Source of the DNA: Octopus vulgaris
Taxonomy: Eukaryota
DNA: 64,000 bases
Reading direction: 5' to 3'
Assembly: GCA_951406725.2 (NCBI GenBank)
Contig: OX597819.1
Location: forward strand, 128,588,001-128,652,000
Positions 1-12,548 of this stretch are shown here, one piece after another. Positions within the stretch are counted from its first letter, which is position 1, and the number at the start of each line of letters is the position of its first letter. Made by a program: the position numbers and the translations under genes. Below the pieces are notes generated by a model. The model was not told the DNA's origin. It worked only from the letters and a program-made list of their open reading frames with translations, and ran no database searches.

Positions 1-428
1 CGATCACGCTCGGATGGTGCTCTTAGCACCCTACTAGCATGGGCACAAGTGCTAGTAAAGCGACGCTGGTAATGATCACACTCGTATGGTGCCCTTTTAT
101 GTGCCACTGGCACGGAAGCAGCAAATGATATTTATCACAACATATTTATTTAATTTCCAACCATTTTCATCCCTTTGGAAGATTTCATGTTTTTTTTTCA
201 TGAAATGTTGATGACTTTCTCTTTAAGAAAATTAAAACAAAAACAATAATGTTTTGTATTTTTATATTTAATGAGACTATAATTGATGAATTAGCCGGTA
301 ATTTATTATTCAGGATTATACACTTACTTTGGTATGCTAATTGGATTTTCACAAATAATGCTCTTGCATGTGCTCCAACTCTCCGTTCAGTTACAAGAGA
401 GCTATTAACACCAGATTGCCTAAGCACC

Positions 429-651
429 AACCGATTGTGGCCGTTCCCAGCCTCCCCTGGCACCTGTGCCAGTGGCATGTAAAAAGCACCCACTACACTC
501 ACGGAGTGGTTGACATTAGGAAGGGCATCCGAGCTGTAGAAACACTGCCAGATCAGACTGGAGCCTGGTGCAGCCTCCTGGCTTCCCAGACTCCAGTCAA
601 ACCGTCCAACCCATGCTAGCATGGAAAACGGACGTTAAACGATGATGATGA
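429..651 (+). mobile_element. (GAT)n-tailed RTE-related SINE/LINE 3' end; representative of about 25 copies (also ~2388-2697+, 5458-5630-, 7393-7599+, 8345-8882+, 12877-13105-, 14062-14298+, 16555-17010-, 21852-22185-, 23833-24450-, 24895-25092+, 26765-26900-, 31430-31830-, 32637-32985-, 35462-35675+, 42653-42946-, 46150-46472-, 51450-51705-)
   Basis: Recurring ...ccaacccatgctagcatggaaaacggacgttaaacGATGATGAT end, with internal ~60-bp tandem units. Confidence 0.85.
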
Positions 652-1045
652 TCCAATATCCATAGACACAACATAATCCAATATATCCTTCCCCTTAAAG
701 TTGTCAGTACAAATTGAAGGAGCTCTGGCTGCTATTTCTAATTGTTCAAGCAGCCTCATAGATACAACCATATAAGCAGTGTTTCATGATCCATTTTCAC
801 ACTATCCTTTCTGCATTAGTCTAATTTAATTATTTCTCAATGCAATTAATTACCCCAGCTGCCTATTTTAGCATATGAGCATTTTGTATTGGTTCTTATT
901 ATGGAGAATATCTAGAACACTACCACCATGTTTCACTTCTTGACATTTATAGTAGGGGCTCATTGTTTCTAGAATAACGTCATTTCATTTTGCTTCTGTT
1001 TGAATGGAACGGTTAAATGTGCCATGAGTTTTTTTCACTTCTTAA

Positions 1046-1266
1046 CCCTTTTGTTACTGTATTTATTTTGAGATGCTCTGTGTTTCTTTCAGTTACTTTA
1101 AATATAACAAATAATTTAATAAAATAACTTTGTTATCATTCAGATAGTGTTAGGAACATAAATTGTGACTAAGGTTTGGTGGAAGGTTTTAATTCAGAAC
1201 TTATGAAAACAAGACATTTGTACTACAGAGCCAGAACCGGTTTCAGCCGGGTTGGTAATGAAAGGG
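1046..1266. mobile_element. piggyBac-type MITE
   Basis: TTAA at 1042-1045 and 1267-1270; TIRs CCCTTTTGTTAC / GTAATGAAAGGG (10 of 12 match). Confidence 0.8.
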
Positions 1267-1910
1267 TTAAAAAATAAGAGAAAGTAGCCATCACACACTT
1301 CTTGTAAAAGTTTGAAGTCAGTGGTTAAATAGTTGAGATTTAATTAAGTATAATCATCAGTATTAGATCAATTATAGATCCTCTTTGTGGTTGGTCAATC
1401 AGTTAGTAATAGCAGCCAAATTTCTCTCACACTGTCACATACTACCTTAGAAAAATGACATACATATTCTGTTATGCAGTCATAGATATACTTTACTAAG
1501 AAGAAGATGGATTGGTCATGGATCTTCTTAAACAAACGTGACCTGGGGTGGGGGGGTGGGGCTAAACAACAACAGAATCATGGTTATGTAGGAAAAAGGA
1601 GAGGTGTGAATAAAAGATTTTAGGAGGAAAAATGAAACAATCTGTTGTATGCAATTGGGTGTACAATATGCATATGCATTTGAAATACAAAACAACAACA
1701 ACAACAAAAAAAATGGAATAATAAATGGTCTTATGAATGAAAGTTTGGTAATTGTGTTTATTTTCACCAAGTGACACTTATGAGATCACTGTGTTGTTAT
1801 TGAAAAGTGCTTTTTGGTACAAGTAAATGCCAATGAAATCATTTCAAACCTTTCTGATTTCCTTTATCAAAACACCAGTTGTCAAGCAGTGGTGGAGGGA
1901 CAAAGATATA

Positions 1911-1948
<38 letters not shown>

Positions 1949-3001
1949 CATACATACATACATACACACACACACATACATACATACATACAAAACAGGC
2001 TTCTTTCTACCAAATCCACTTGAAAGGCTTTGGTCAACCTGGGGCTATAGTACAAGGCACTGAGGTGTCCTGCAGTGGGACTGAACCTGGGATCGTGTGA
2101 TTGGGCAACAAGCTTCTTACCACACAGCCACACCTAATGAAACAGAAGCACCAGGTTTCTAAATATTCTTTTTGCAGATCAAAAATTCTATCATTTTTGA
2201 AACTAATAATATAAACATTTAAAATTATGACATTGCACACAAACACATACACACACATTTTCTTTGATATATGTGTATTACTCTTTACCGGCTTCAATCA
2301 TTGGACTGCAGCCACTGCCTTCAAAGGTTTTAGGCAATCATATTTATCCATCCTCAATTATAACATAACATTCTATTTATTATTTTTGCACGTAAAAGGG
2401 CACCATTTGAGCGTTATCGTTACCAATGTCACCTTACTGGCACCTGTGCTGGTGGCATATGTAAAAAAGATTCAAGCGAGGTCATTGCCAGTACCGCCTG
2501 ACTGGCCCCCGTGCCGGTGGCACGTAAAAAGCACCCACTACACTCTCGGAGTGGTTGGCGTTAGGAAGGGCATCCAGCTGTAGAAACACTGCCAATTCAA
2601 GATTGGAGCCTGGTGCAGCCATCTGGTTCGCCAGCCCTCAGTCAAAATTGTCCAACCCATGCTAGCATGGAAAGCGGACGTTAAACAATGATAATGAAAG
2701 GCATGTGCCAATTTGATTACCAATTTCATTATTTTTTTTTCTTACTTTAGTTTTTATAAATTTAATTATTTGTTCATAATTGCAATAATCCTGCCATGAC
2801 ATTTTATTTGATTGCTTCTATGTTGTATATGGTTAGATGTAAGTCCAGCTAGTACATTATTAATATAAGTGTAAACCTAATATGTGTTAGGTTAATCTTA
2901 ATATATTTAATGCAGAGAGATTTAAAAGGCTAATTAGAAATAATTAAACAGTGAGGTAAAAAATTCAATTAGTCGATGATTAATATTATTTTATCAACAA
3001 T

Positions 3002-3159
3002 AGGCGTAGGAGTGGCTGTGTGGTAAGTAGCTTGCTTACAAACCACATGGTTCCGGGTTCAGTCCCACTGCGTGGCACCTTGGGCAAGTGTCTTCTACTA
3101 TAGCCTGGGGCTGACCAAAGCCTTGTGAGTGGATTTGGTAGACGGAAACTCAAAGAAGC

Positions 3160-3209
<50 letters not shown>

Positions 3210-3398
3210 ATATGTTTCTGTGTCTTCGATGCTGGTGTGTTTACGTCCCCGTAACTTAGCGGTTCGGCAAAAGAGACCGACAGAATAAGTACTAGGCTTA
3301 CAAAGAATAAGTTCTGGGGTCGATTTACTCGACTGAAGGCGGTGCTCCAGCATGGCCACAGTCAAATGATTGAAACAGGTAAAAGAGTAAAGAGTAAA
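3002..3398 (+). mobile_element. tRNA-derived CORE-like SINE with internal (TA)n(TG)n; representative copy (also ~1860-2135-, 6590-6957-, 8906-9320+, 13150-13380+, 18860-19125+, 22300-22595-, 23110-23517+, 29714-30441+, 36374-36780+, 41500-41690+, 47970-48260-)
   Basis: A/B-box-like TGGCTGTGTGG and GGTTCAGTCCC, CCTTGGGCAAGT core-like motif, AAAGAGT tail. Confidence 0.85.
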
Positions 3399-3757
3399 AT
3401 GACTTAGTGGAAAATTTCGGTGAGCCCTCTCTATACTTAATAGAAAGACTACATATGTAATGTAAAGAGTGGAGAAATTTCAGTTGAGATTATCCAAACA
3501 ATTACTTGACAAAAACTCCCTCTGAGGGTGTTTTAAAATACTAAAACAACGAACAAGAGTTAACTACAATAAGATCTGTTGACTGAACTTTTTAGACGAT
3601 TTAGACAATGTATATTGGAATTGAATTGTCTAAAAATTTCAATATAATGATATTGATGTTATTCTCTAGCTTTTAGATTGTTAACCAATCTTAGGTGGGA
3701 GTTTTTGTCAACAAATTGCTTGGATAATTTCCATTGGTTAAAGTTTTTCAACTCACT

Positions 3758-3961
3758 GATGACAGTCAAGGCTGATCTGGAACCCAACCTAGGCCCCCAT
3801 ATCTATGGCGTTCGCCGCTGGAATAAGGAGTGGTTGGAGATCACATGGTCGTTAGCCTCAAATCGCCAGGCCTGGTCGGCGTTTGTGAGAGATGCAGCAT
3901 TGAGGATGAATGAAGCCAGCTCAACCCGCCCCGGGTGAATGCTGTAAGAAGAAGAAGAAGA
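3758..3961 (+). mobile_element. 5'-truncated RTE-clade LINE 3' end with (GAA)n tail
   Basis: Encodes VKADLEP...LASNRQAWSAFVRDA...STRPG*; TSD AACTCACT at 3750-3757 and 3962-3969. Confidence 0.8.
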
Positions 3962-4326
3962 AACTCACTATATTACATATATGAGACCCTAGCATAGTTA
4001 TTGTGGTAACAGTTTCCCTATACTATTTTCTGTCAGCCATATTGGTGATCTTCATAGTCACTGTTACTCTTGTCACTCTATTTTTATTCAGCCTTACTCT
4101 CTCCTTCACTGAGGAGGTCTAATAAAAATGAAACATGCCTGTTGCTTTCATCAGTTTAGTCTTAAAGACCACTCCAGTTTTATTCAACTTAGCCTATAGT
4201 TATCTCCCTTGTTTTTAGATTTTAAATGTACCTTACAGGTAGTTTTTGGCAACTAATTTGCTTCAATAATCTCAGTTATTTACAGTTGTAAATTAGACTG
4301 TATCTATATCTTATTCATTGTATCTA

Positions 4327-4635
4327 ATGGAAAAGGTAAAACAGCTTCCTGTGAAGGACCGAAAAAAATTTGTAGAGCTCTTATGTGATCATCAAAAACA
4401 AACTTAAGAATTTTTATCTTAAATGTGTAATTTAGAATTTCCAGAAAATCATCTAAATTAGCCATAGCAGCTCTCCTACCCTTTCTTTCCACATATTTGA
4501 GATTTTGCATTTTCAGCTTTCATGGCAATAACAACAAAATACCACTCAACTAATGAGACTAATCTAAGAACTTCTTTGAGTAACAGCAAAACCATGGTTT
4601 AATGTATTTTGCCAAAACAAACAAGCACACCCCGT
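4327..4635 (+). pseudogene. Degraded hAT (Charlie/Buster-like) transposase C-terminus
   Basis: With frameshifts reads EFPE..SKLAIAALLPFLSTYL..FAFSAFMAITTKY..NLRTSLS..KQAHP, the pattern of the hAT dimerisation domain. Confidence 0.7.
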
Positions 4636-4764
4636 TGAAAATATTCGTGTATTTTCACTTTTAGTATAATCTTGTTTTGCTGATTTTTTTCTTCTCGTGT
4701 ATTTACGTTGTTATATTTCTTTTAGTTTATTATTAATAATTTTTAATTTAATAAAATGACATAT

Positions 4765-5084
4765 GGAGGTGCAATGGCCCAGTGGTTAGGGCAGCGGACT
4801 CATGGTCGTAGGATCGTGGTTTCGATTCCCAGACCGGGCGTTGTGAGTGTTTATTGAACGAAAACACCTAAAGCTCCACGAGGCTCCAGCAGTGGGGTGG
4901 TGGCAATCCCTGCTGTACTCTTTCGCCACAACTTTTTTTCACTCTTTCTTCTGTTGGCCTGCTCGCTTAGTCACTTAGCCGGCGGGGTGGCGACATTTGA
5001 AGGCTAAAACAATGCGAAGTGCATTGTGACCAGCAATGTTTAGCAACATCTGATAGCCTGGTCGGTCACGGTGATCACGGTGAT
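4765..5084 (+). mobile_element. tRNA-derived SINE with (TCACGGTGA)2 tail
   Basis: TGGCCCAGTGG A-box, GTTTCGATTCC B-box; TSD AATGACATAT at 4755-4764 and 5085-5094. Confidence 0.85.
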
Positions 5085-8000
5085 AATGACATATGGGTCA
5101 TATATTCTTTTATTAGCTAATCTTAATAATACTAAAACTCGAGGGATATTTTGTGTAACTAAAATATCTCAGAAATAGTATATTTCATCTTAATTTTTTT
5201 ACACCTTTATTTTCATACTTACCTTCAGCAGTGCATTACAAATTTTTGTGACATTTTGACCTTTATTTAAGTGATTGAATACAATTTTTGTTATTTCTTG
5301 ATTAAAAAAAAAAATACACGGCTTCTGTGACATCAACACAAACACACGTTCACTGTCTGTGACATATACACACACATCATCTTCGCACTCTCTAAGAAGA
5401 AGAAAAAAAAACTGTTGACTTTTTGATGAACACAATATTTTAATCTAAACGATGATGATCATCATCATCGTTTAACGTCCGCTTTCCATGCTAGCATGGG
5501 TTGGACGTTTTTGACTGAGGGCTGGCGAACCAGTTGGCTGCACCAGGCTCCAATCTTGATTTGGCAGAGTTTCTACAGCTGGATACCCTTCCTAATGCCA
5601 ACCACTCTAAGAGTGTAGTGGGTGCTTTTTAGAAATATTCTATTTAGAAACGTTTTTAACTGATTGTGATTTCATCATCCAAAGCTCGTTAATTTCCATA
5701 AAACTTTTTTACTTATTTACTTTTGTTTTAAAGTGAAAGAGAGGAGAAAGTGAAAGATGTATGTACATGTATATGGAATGGACATGTGTGTGTGTGAAAG
5801 AGAGTGAGTGAAGGGGTGTGTTGTCATGTACAGGCATCAATACATATGCGTACATCTTTTTTGTATGTACGTGTGCATGTGTGTGTGAGTGAATGTATGT
5901 TCTCATGTATGTGAAAGAGGCACACACACTCTCTCTCTCTCACTCACTCACACATGCACACAAGTCCATTTCATATACACGTTCCTACATCTTTCACTTT
6001 CTCCTCTCTTTCACTTTTAAACAAAAGTAACAGGTGATTTTCAAGATAAAAATTGTTAAAAATGGTTTCTCCTCATGTAAGTTGATTACTTTAAGTCTAG
6101 AAGTTAGGTTAAATATATATATACAAGCATAAATACTGTGAATTCCCATTCTACAAACTGGCAAACAGTTCCGAGAATACTTCACCAGGCAAGGCTGGGT
6201 AGTAAGTTTAGTTCACTATAAGAGGGTCATAAGGAAATTTGTCTGCTAAAAAGGAATTGTGAAGGAAGAAAGGTCCAGTTTATACTGCTGGACATGAATC
6301 TGGTTGCACAGACAGAGAGAGAGAGGTGAAGTTGTGTCATTAAGAAGTTCACTTTGCAGCTGTATTCAATTCAACTGTGGGGTATCTTGACCAAGTGTGT
6401 TCTGCAGCCTTAAGTTGATTAATAAATGCAAGTGGAATTTGGTAGATGGACTCTTGTATGGAAACCTACTGTTTTTTCATGATTTATGTGTTCAACTCCA
6501 TGTTTAAGGAAAAACTGGTGTTGACTCAAAAAGTCTTTGAGGTTTTCTCAAATATAGCTCAATAAAATAAGTAGTGGTTGGAGGGATATTCTTTTACTCT
6601 TTTACTTGTTTCAATCATTAGACTGCAGCCATGCTGGAGCACCACCTTTAGTCGAGCAAATCGACCCCAGCACTTATTCTTTTTAAGCCTAGTACTTATT
6701 CTAGCGGCCTCTTTTGCCGAACCGCTAAGTCCTGGGGACGTAAACACACCAGCATCGGTTGTCAAGCAATGCTAGGAGGACAAACACAGACACACAAACA
6801 TACACACACACATATATATATATACATATATCCACTCATAAGGCTTTGGTCGGCCTGAGGCTATAGTAGAAGACCCTTGCCCAAGGTGCCACGCAGTGGG
6901 ACTGAACCCAGAATCATGTGGTTGGTAAGCAAGCTACTTACCACACAGCCACTCCTGTGATCAACTAAACAAAAAATCCCAACATGGCTGCAGTTCAGTG
7001 ACTGAAACCAATCAACGAACCCATCTATATAGCTTCTGTAGTACTCTGGGACATGGCAAATGGAATCAGTACAAAAATGAACATTTGTATTATGTGTAGT
7101 GCTGGGGCATGTGTACACAGAAAGCATTTAATATAAACTTGTGTTTTAATCCTTGAAAGTTATAGGCATTCATGAATAATGCAAGTTATTACTTCAACCA
7201 TGGTAGCTTAAATGATAGATGTTTATAACTACATAAAGCATATATGTCATAACAACATTACACTTTCTGCTAAATGTCAGATTTACTGCAAGTCAAATCA
7301 AGTGACTTGCATGTGTTTGTGTTCAGTAAAAGAATGTTGATTTTTGAGAAAAAAGGCAGTTGTTCCTCCCCACTTGACACTTTTTATATTATTGCCAGCC
7401 TCCCCTGGCACCTGTGCCAGTAGCATGTAAAAAGCACCCACTACACTCGCGGAGTGGTTGGCATTAGGAAGAGCATCAAGCTGTAGAAACTCTGCCAAAT
7501 CAGACTGGAGCCTGGTGCAGCCTCCTGGCTTCCGAGACCCTGGTCGAACTGTCCAGCCCATGCTAGCATGGAAAACGGACGTTAAACGATGATGATGATT
7601 ATGCAGATGTGCTTGGACCTATATGCTATTCTGCCTAAGTCTAAGGGTTTTGGGCCTGTTCTTAAAATCAGGTTTATGCTTTTCTTTTAGACAGGGTTTG
7701 AAGATGAATACAATGTAATTTGTAGTTTTTAAGCAATGTTTGATGCTATAAGAAAATTTTCTTGGAGTACTAATTTTGATTCTGATCAGATCTAAATTGT
7801 TGAAGGTGAGGTGCCCCTGCCCCACAATTTGTGATATATCTCAAAGACTTAAGAGTGAAGTGTATACATAGATTAAAGCAAGCTACTCTTCTCTCCACCT
7901 TTCTACAATCTAAGAAGGTTGTATGTTAGAGAATATGTATGTATATACCATTCTGCTCTCCCCGTCTCTCTCTCTTTCTCTATACATGTGTGTGTGTGTG

Positions 8001-8304
8001 TGTGTGTACACACACACACACACTCATATAGTTAAATAAGATTAAGGTTAAAACCCTGTAGAATGCTATGCAGAGCTCATCTGCAGTTATTGGCTACCTG
8101 ATGTCATCATATAGTGGAAATGACAGTAGGATCTAATAAAGGACATATTTAAACTATCATTTGAGGAGGTGTATTTTACACCTTACATGCATGATAATGA
8201 TTACAGAGTACTTCACCAATGTACTACAGGTGTAGAAATATATTGAAACAATTATAGTGATTTTAAATAAAGAATTTCATTCATTCCATTTCCTATCATC
8301 TATC

Positions 8305-8350
<46 letters not shown>

Positions 8351-9741
8351 AATCAAAGATCAGAATCAAAATCAAATTCGATGACTGGCGTCTGTGGTAG
8401 CGGGGTGCAAAGAGCACCATACAAGTGTTATCATTGACAGAGCAGCTAACCGGCTTCCGTGCCAGTGGCACTTAAAAGGCACCATTCAAGTGTGATCGTT
8501 ACCAGCGTCGCCTTAAAGAGCACCATCCGAGTGTGATCATTGCTAGAGTGGCTGTCTGGCCTCTGTGCCAGTGGCACATAAAAGACACCATTCGAACGTG
8601 ATCGTTACCAACATCGCCTTACTGGCACCTGTGCTGGTGGCATGTGTAAAAAGATTTGAGCGAGGTCATTGCCAGTACCGCCTGACTGGCCCCTGTGCCT
8701 GTGGCACGTAAAGAGCACTCATTACACTCTCAGATTGGTTGGCATTAGGAAGGGCATCCAGCTGTAGAAATTCTGCCAGATCAAGATTGGAGCCTGATGC
8801 GGCCGTCTGGTTCGCCAGCCCTCAGTCAAAATCGTCCAACCCATGCTAGCATGGAAAGCGGATGTTAAACGATGATGATGATATATATATATATATATAT
8901 ATATATAGGCACAGGAGTGGCTGTGTGGTAAGTAGCTTGCTAACCAACCACATGGTTCCAGGTTCAGTCCCACTGCATGGCATCTTGGGCAAGTGTCTTC
9001 TGCTATAGCCCCGGGCCGACCAATGCCTTGTGAGTGGATTTGGTAGCCGGAAACTGAAAGAAGCCTGTCGTATATATGTATATATATATGTGTGTGTGTG
9101 TATGTGTTTGTGTGTCTGTTTGTCCCGCTAGCATTGCTTGACAACCGATGCTGGTGTGTTTACGTCCCCGTAACTTAGCAGTTCGGCAAAAGAGACCAAT
9201 AGAATAAGTACTGGGCTTACAAAGAATAAGTTCCGGGGTCGATTTGCTCGACTAAAAGGCGGTGCTCCAGCATGGCCACAGTCAAATGACTGAAACAAGT
9301 AAAAGAGAAAGAGAGAAAGAGATATATGTGTGTGATATGAATATTTTCTTACAAGCCAACAATATAGCTTGTATATCTCTTATTATAAAAGGCAGATTTT
9401 ATCTGCCTCCCTTTGTCAGTTATAGAAATCTACAATGTAGGATTTCTTCAATTACAATTTACCTAGCATTTTTAAGAGTAGAATGCATCGGGTCGTGCCA
9501 GGTCCACTTTTTAAAATTTCAACCCCAATTAAGCAAAATTTAGAGAAAACTCACATTGTGGTGTATGAGTCAAATGCTTCTCTTAGTGTGGGATACAGCA
9601 CACGCAAACGCACACACACAGTGTGCAACGAATAAAGCGAAAGTAATTCACTTTCTGTAGTGAGTGACTCTTTCACTCTGCCTCCCACTTCCTCTTTACA
9701 CACATAGACACGCAAATATATAAATAAAATTGTAAGCTAAC

Positions 9742-9792
<51 letters not shown>

Positions 9793-9833
9793 TGTGTGTG
9801 TGTGTGTGTGCGTGTGCGTGAGTGTGTGACAGG

Positions 9834-10505
9834 AAAGTTTTTAGGACAAATATAAGACCTTTATCCAAGTAGCAGAAAGATCGCCCAAAAGTGTATATAG
9901 ATATTTAAATGTATTTATATATTCATCTATACACAGATGTATGTATAATGTGTGTGTATATATTTCCATAGAGGTAACCTTTCACTCCATACAAAGTTTT
10001 TTAGGACGAATATAACATCTAAAGTATATACAAGTAGCAGAAAGATCGCCCAAAAGTGTATATAGATATTTAAATGTATTTATATATTCATCTATACACA
10101 GATGTATGTATAACGTGTGTGTATATATTTCTATAGACGTAACCATTCACTCCATACAAAGTTTTTAGGACGAAAATAAGATCTAAAGTTATCTCTAAGT
10201 AGCACAAAGATCGCCCAAAAGTGTATATAGATATATAAATGTATTTATATATTCATCTATACACAGATGTATGTATAATGTGTGTGTATATATTTCATAG
10301 AGGTAACCATTCACTCCATACAAAGTTTTTAGGACGAAAATAAGATCTAAAGTTATCTCTAAGAAACAGAAAGATGCCCAAAAGTGTATATAGATATTTA
10401 AATGTATTTATATATTCATCTATACACACATGTATGTATAATGTGTGTGTATATATTTCCATAGAGGTAACCATTCAATCCATACAAAGTTTTTTAGGAT
10501 GAAAA
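9834..10505. repeat. Tandem repeat, ~164-bp unit x4 plus partial, inside Helitron
   Basis: Unit starts AAAGTTTTT at 9834, 9993, 10158, 10322, 10486. Confidence 0.9.
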
Positions 10506-10754
10506 TATTTATATATAAAAGAAAGGTTGTGTGTCTGTCTACTCCGATTTAGATTCCTAACTACTCCCACATTTTGCGATGCAGTTTAACCAAAACCGGG
10601 TATCTTATAGTCGTGATTCATATTGAGCCCTTCTGGGTATTAGCGTGCGTCTACGATGAGTCTATGATTTTACAAATAATTTACCATCATTTTTTTCCAT
10701 TTTAATGCATATTTTTTTAAATAAAGGGAAGTAACTCTCAAACTTCACACCAAT

Positions 10755-11245
10755 ATGCATGCTCATATGCGACGTAATATCACATCAGCAGCATTTCCTC
10801 ACACCCTCCTTGCACTTGGCGAAATACCAGGGGATGAAAATGGTAATATTGCCATCGATTCCATTTGTACCATTGTTAAGACGCCTTCTGATCTCAGAGA
10901 TGCAGTGTTCCCAGATCTACAAGCTAATTATCAGAATATGGATTGGATTGGCAAAAAGGCTATACTGGCCCCGAGGAATAAAACTGTTCACCATATTAAT
11001 GATGAAATGCTAAAACTCATTCCTGGGGAAGTCTATGTATATCAGTCTATCGATACAACTCCTGACCCAGAGGACGTCATCAACTATCCAATAGAGGTAC
11101 TCAATTCCTTTGAGCACCCCGGACTACCACCACACTTTCTCAAACTTAAAGTTGGTGCCCCTATAATGCTCATCAGAAATTTGGTTCCCCCAAAACAATG
11201 CAATGGCACACGCTTGATCGTTAAGTCCTTATCTCCCACCGTAAA
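10755..11245 (+). pseudogene. Helitron RepHel PIF1-like helicase fragment
   Basis: AILAPRN...IN...YQSID...YPIEVLNS...GLPPHFLKLKVGAPIMLIRNL...CNGTRLIV motifs; truncated at both ends. Confidence 0.9.
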
Positions 11246-11660
11246 CTTATATCAATATTTGCCTGAATAATCATCATAATTCAGTGCAATCATTAACAGT
11301 ACTTTCAAGCAATTCAGCCCCGAGCAACGCCGGGCAATTCTGCTAGTGGTCACTAAAAGAAAAAGGGATTTCTTGAATTTATTTTACATACTGCAGCTGC
11401 TCTTGTACCCATACGCTATTCTACCATAGCCTCCAGTCCAACTTTGAGGAATAACATTTGGTAAATTGTGTGAAAGCCCACTGTATGAGTGTATCTTCTG
11501 TTGAAGTATTTTGGTAAAAGATACCATGCAGTATAGGGCAATAGTAACTGACTAATGTAAACAGTTAAGATTCTAAATATAAATTATTTACAAGACTTTT
11601 GCGATCGTAAATAAAAAAAACAAACAGATCTTCTGATGAAAGTTGAGCCACTTATCAGCA

Positions 11661-11880
11661 TTAATCCTTTGGCATTCAGATTACTGTGACAAACATAATG
11701 CTTATTCATCCACCTTGTTTTGAATTAACCATGCATTATCTTGTAGCTTCGAGATTTTGATGAGGCAGTTGTATATCGTTAGAATGACATTGTAGGGTTG
11801 GTGCAAGAGGCTGGATCTGGCCAGCTTGAACGTAAAGCAGGTAGAATATTATGTCAGGTTTAAATACTGAGGGGCTGAAT
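11661..11880. mobile_element. Degenerate piggyBac-type MITE (same family as 44026-44694)
   Basis: TTAAtcctttggcattcagat start; internal similarity to the flanks at 44026 and 44690. Confidence 0.55.
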
Positions 11881-12172
11881 CGTGCAGTCCATGAGTAGAA
11901 CTTAAAAAACTTTACAAGTGCTATTGCCTCACAGTCTCTGATTATCTTGGAATGCAACCGTATAGCTATAACACTCCTTAAGTTGCAGTTTTTCTGAACT
12001 ATAGACTCTATATAAGGCACAAGTGCACTCCCCGTTTCAGTAGCATTAGCATAAAAAACCATTTTCAGTGGCATACCGACCAACATGCCTAGCTGTGCTG
12101 ATTGACATACTTCTACTAACAAACAAGCATTGATGTCACTCTGACATGCTGCATCTCTACTATTATCTCTTA

Positions 12173-12548
12173 TCTCTCTATATATAAACGGCAAAAAGTC
12201 TGTCTGTCTGTGTGCGTGCGTGTCCTTTATACAAATCCACAATTTTTCAGTTAGAGGGCTCGCACTTTCTATGGTCATTCAAAACCATCCAAGGGTGGTC
12301 GTGCACATCTTTACATTTCCCCAGTCACCCTGCAAAGCCATTAAAATATCAGTAGAAGTGACTTTTTTGTGAATTTTCTTTCCAAAACTCAATCAAAATG
12401 CCTGAAACTTGATACGCCAATTGAAAGCCAGCTAGCTGTGTGTGATTGGTCGGAGATTTAGACAGTACTCGCGTGTATGTGCACACGCATGCAGCTGTAT
12501 ATGCATGCACTAGCACTATGACCCGGCGTTGCCAGGTCATAGTGCTAG
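12173..12548 (+). mobile_element. Non-autonomous Helitron, second family
   Basis: A|TCTCTCTATATATAAA start; terminal palindrome 12510-12548 ending CTAG; inverted copy at 19437-19711. Confidence 0.8.

Larger units (their letters stand above)
9376..11346 (+). mobile_element. Composite non-autonomous Helitron
   Basis: A|TC start; GC hairpin cccgagcaacgccggg followed by CTAG|T end; helicase fragment inside. Confidence 0.85.

Noticed and set aside
185-622. Recurrent ORFs such as MLAWVGRFD / MGWTVRLGSGKPGG throughout the window
   Set aside because: Translations of the non-coding (GAT)-tailed repeat
2825-2850. Possible start micro-exon (ATGgttag / agATgtaagt)
   Set aside because: Weak or out-of-phase donor with no promoter context; cannot be supported
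4765-4840. tRNA genes (also ~3002, 18511, 62788)
   Set aside because: tRNA-like boxes are SINE heads followed by body and tail, some with TSDs; no complete cloverleaf
5447-5475. Short palindrome TAAACGATGATGATCATCATCATCGTTTA
   Set aside because: May be a tiny tail-to-tail twin, but too short to separate from local fold-back slippage
10755-11270. Host PIF1 helicase gene
   Set aside because: Truncated fragment enclosed by Helitron termini
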